A DNA stretch of 64,000 bases. Source: Eukaryota sp. TZLM1-RC. Its lineage: Eukaryota > Protista > Metamonada: BaSk clade. This document shows positions 60,618 through 64,000 of this stretch, piece after piece. Every line of letters starts with the position of its first letter. Position 1 is the first letter of the stretch. The notes beneath the pieces were generated by a model. It had not been told where the DNA came from, searched no databases, and saw nothing but the letters and a program-made list of their open reading frames with translations. Position numbers and translations under genes: made by a program. Where the stretch lies: positions 1,550,001 to 1,614,000 of the forward strand of contig JAUPSS010000001.1 of NCBI GenBank assembly GCA_040285825.1, given 5' to 3'.

Positions 60618-60965
60618 CTAGTTTCTTTGTGGTCTCTGGAACGCTTTTGGTCTTGTTCCATAGTAGTGCTCACTAATTGCAATTTCTAGCTGATTTAGTG
60701 ATGTAGAAATATCTCTAGACCAAACTTGATTACAATCCGGACAACTGAAATAGATGTTGTGAACTTTAACTTCACCATCAACTTCTCTATAGATCTTTTG
60801 GTGTAGCATCTTGCAGCACTTCACCTTTGCAGATGTCATATATTCATCTCCGATCTTCACATTAGCAAATGAACATTGTAACAACTTGAGAAACGCCTTA
60901 CGTGGAGTTTTCACTTTTTGACGTGATGTACCACCATCTCCATTGCCAAACCACACCTTTACTTC
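60618..60965 (-). pseudogene. C-terminal remnant of a Fanzor/TnpB-family RNA-guided nuclease (RuvC-II, zinc finger, RuvC-III)
   Basis: VWFGNG...TPRKAFLKLL...IGDEYMTSAKVKCC...SCPDCNQVWSRDISTSLN...GTRPKAFQR; in-frame stop just upstream; no RuvC-I recognised. Confidence 0.75.
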
Positions 60966-62437
60966 TCAAATTCCATGGATCTTTGTGGAACTGTTGGCTT
61001 TTCTATTATAGCGATTATAGGTTTCGTTTAGTGCGCTCACACATTGACTATAAAACATTGAATCCCATAAAATAGACTAACAAAAGACAATCTGTAGAGG
61101 CACTGCTGGCTATTCTTGAGTCTAAACTTGAGCCTATTGCAGATCGTCCATCCCAAGCTGTGCCAACAACTTCTGCTGTGTCACCCCTTTCAGCTGCAAT
61201 TCTTGTCTTGAAACTAGACATCTGAATACTTATTATTACGTTGTCTCTCTACTTCGCCCTCTTCACCCTCTTTCTACTCATCTTTCCTCCATAGAAGATG
61301 GTCCTCCTGGCTTCACTTGTATTACCATCAGTATTATCGTTTGTTCACTCTCTACGAATCAACTCACTCCAATCTTAATCTACTCCATTTTAACCTACTG
61401 CTGATATACATGAACTTCTGAAGTCTAATGAGCAGAAGATTTTTGAACTTAATGAATTCCAATTGGAACTGCATTGAAGACACTTGTAATGTTAGTCAAC
61501 ATGGCTTCCTTGCAGAGATTGATTTTGACTAATTTCATATTAATGTAGTGTGATACGATAATAAGTCTGAAGACGTCCACGCTGCTATGAGTGAAACCTA
61601 TCCCCTTGAGTTCAGGTTCGGACTCTTGAGAAAGAAGATTTTCTGGTTAATGACCTATTTCTGAACCTTCACTGTTTTGAATGTGCGTGGTTGATAATAA
61701 TTTGTGTAAATACAAGTGAATAATATTTATATAATAATCTATATAATAATATATAATATTAGTGACGGTAGTATTATAGGTTATTTAAATTGTAACTTAA
61801 AGTGCTAATACTCACCACATAACTAATTGTTCCAAAATAAAATATTATCGATTTATGTTTTATTATAGTGTCGTTCAAGTGTTGGTAAAAAGAATAGTGT
61901 TGGTGAAAGAAGTGGTGTGGTGAAAGAGGATTTTATAATTAAGGTGAAGATTGAGGAAGATTTACCTGTTCAATGAATAGAATCTAATACTCCTCTTTTA
62001 AAATTAACACAGTAAAGTTAATAATTCTAGGATCTGACTGGTACATACCAGCTTCAAGTTTCAGCTGCTTCGATAATTTCAAATTATTGTCTTGAATATA
62101 ATTGCAAATAAAGGGCAACTGACTCAACCACATCTAAAAAATAGACTAAACAGTTGGTGAAAGAAAAAATTTCTCCAATATGCAACCAAAGTGAAAACCA
62201 CAGTTGCCATTGTAGTATTCCATTTTGCCAATAAACACAGATTGCAAAGTCTTTCTCATTGAATCAAAGTCTCAGAAATCACACATAACATTAATTGATT
62301 ACATTTGTATATGAAATAATCAAAAAATGGCAGAAAATCGTGAAGTGATTGACTCTTGATTGACTCTTGCAAATTGCATATAAAATGGAAAGGATGGAAT
62401 GGTTTTTCAAAAGTCCAAGTTTAAAGTTGACTCACGT

Positions 62438-62548
62438 CAATTATTCGAGGATTCTAGCACGTCTGTGGACGAACTCACCAAGGATGAAAGTTGTTGGAAT
62501 AAGTTGAATGATGCTTGAAGAAAGTATGCATTTCAAATGAAAACCACA
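62438..62548 (+). repeat. Second copy of the Fanzor-downstream segment
   Basis: Reverse-complement match to 60452-60563. Confidence 0.8.
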
Positions 62549-63133
62549 AACAATAGTAATTTGTTTGGGTCCCGTCGAAACAGAGAGGGAGAGAGGAAGT
62601 GAGAATTGTTGAGATAGCTGAATGGGAAGAGAACAAGAGGTAAATGAAGGAGAAGGAAACTGAAAAAAAACATAGAGTTTAGACGGAGTAACAGCGACAA
62701 GAACAGCTAGAGGGTAAATCGAGCTGATGTTGATGACCACTAATAGAGATACAGTGGATAGGCATTTGATGCCATTGTGAAAATTAGCAATCAATTTAAA
62801 ATTGCAATCAGCATGTCAGACATCGTGTCAGACAGCGAGATTATCTTGACTATTCCCATTCTTCTAACATCATGCAGCAAAAGAAGAACAAGGATAACGA
62901 GGTTACGGACTCAGTTCCCACCTCCTCCTTCAACCTGTTGTTCAAAGAACAGCCGAGTACTTCTTCCCGAACTCTTCAGTCGGGAACAGTCATCCTGTTT
63001 TACAGGAATAAACGGAAGCTAAGAGCCTCGATTTCTTATAGAAATCGTCGTTCTGATTCTTCCGTGGGGGGCAGAGTATTGCACTTTTTTGAGTCATCAT
63101 GTGAGTCATGATTTGGGTGCTGTTGAATCAGCC

Positions 63134-64000
63134 ATGGTGCTAATCACCTTGGATATGGGATGCTCTTCTTCTTCGTGTTTTGTTTTGAATTGTTATTTTG
63201 ATGTTATTGAGTTTGTTGTTTTTCATGGTTTAGCTATTTGTACTGTAGATATGGGATGTTGTTCTGGTTTGTGTTTTGTTTTACATTGTTGTTACTTTGA
63301 TGTTTTTGATTTTGTTGATGTTTTTGGTTTAAGTACTTGTACTTTGAATATGGGATGTTTTTCTTGTTTGTGTTTTGTTTTGAATTGTTATTTTGATGTT
63401 ATTGAGTTTGTTGTTTTTAATGGTTTAGCTATTTGTACTGTAGATATGGGATGTTGTTCTGGTTTGTGTTTTGCTTTACATTGTTGTTACTTTGATGTTT
63501 TTGATATTGTTGATGTTTTTGGTTTAACTACTTGTACTTTGAATATTGGATGTTTTTCTTGTTTGTGTTTTGTTTTGAATTGTTGTCTTGATGTTTTTGG
63601 GTTTTTTTTTCGTGGTTTACGTACAAAGTTCTGTAGATGTGGGATGTTTCTTTTGTATATGTTTTGTTTTACATAGTTGTTTTGATGTTTATGAGTTTGT
63701 TCATTTTTGTGGTTTAGATTCTTGCACTTTAGATATGGGATGTTGTGTCTTAAATTGTTATTTTGATAATGTTGAGTTTGATTATTATGTTTATTATTTA
63801 TCTTTTCAATCCAGAAGCTGCCAACATCTTCTATCAACAAACCCATTTATTGTTGATTTAACAATTGATGGAGATGTTGAAGCAAATCCTGGTCCCAGAA
63901 AGAGAAGATCTAATTTTGAATCAACTCCTCCATCAAAAATTATTAGAAATGCGATTTTTGACCAACAAACATCAATGCGTAAGCTGAAAAAACAACAAAA
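63134..64000 (+). CDS. Cys/Phe-rich repeat polypeptide followed by a 2A (StopGo) peptide and a basic NLS-like downstream product; one frameshift near 63625; runs off the window
   Basis: Frame 63627-64000 is stop-free and continues the repeat into NPFIVDLTIDGDVEANPG|PRKRRSNFESTPPSK...; DVEANPGP at 63873-63896. Confidence 0.65.
63150..63790 (+). repeat. Coding tandem repeat, ~7 units of 96/99 bp (alternating, 195-bp higher-order unit)
   Basis: ATATGGGATG-like anchors at 63153, 63249, 63348, 63444, 63543, 63637 and 63733; plus frame reads DMGC...CFVL.C.YFDV..F...GL..CT. Confidence 0.9.

Noticed and set aside
60452-62548. One 2.1-kb TIR transposon bounded by the inverted 111-bp copies
   Set aside because: No TSD at the outer ends and no transposase inside; kept only as a duplicated segment.
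62560-62780. Hammerhead or other ribozyme near CGAAAC / CTGATG
   Set aside because: No complete CTGANGA-GAAA core with three compatible stems could be assembled.
63120-63846. TAA reassigned to Gln (minus-frame TSK*QQ repeats)
   Set aside because: GAPDH, VPS29, FARSA and CLN3 end in TAA/TAG at expected positions; the plus frame is open and leads to the 2A motif.

Overview
AT-rich eukaryotic (protist) genomic DNA using the standard code, with very short 28-32 nt spliceosomal introns. The taxon is not established; the compact introns and RCC1-repeat genes only suggest a free-living protist. Host genes: GAPDH, VPS29, CLN3/battenin, PheRS-alpha, a KIF-binding protein homologue, a RhoGAP-MORN protein, an RCC1-LRR protein, a 2836-aa RCC1-containing surface protein, a type II membrane protein and a small Cys-rich secreted protein. 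These sit among many retroelements: fragments of CRE-like (RLE) non-LTR retrotransposons and three Ty3/gypsy LTR families with short LTRs (81-152 bp) and 4-bp TSDs. Main observations: (1) a viral-type 2A/StopGo peptide (DLTIDGDVEANPGP) after a Cys/Phe-rich tandem-repeat ORF at the right edge, absent from the ORF track; (2) a Fanzor/TnpB C-terminal remnant followed by a hairpin-rich, duplicated segment that could be an omegaRNA; (3) a ~500-aa unknown His/Pro/Cys-rich domain between RNase H and integrase of one gypsy element; (4) a 1.1-kb gag-only LTR element with a TSD, sharing a palindromic PBS-position motif with a second family; (5) an apparent GT-AT intron in CLN3; (6) a twin-priming-like 5' inversion of an RLE element. 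All alignments and counts were made by eye.
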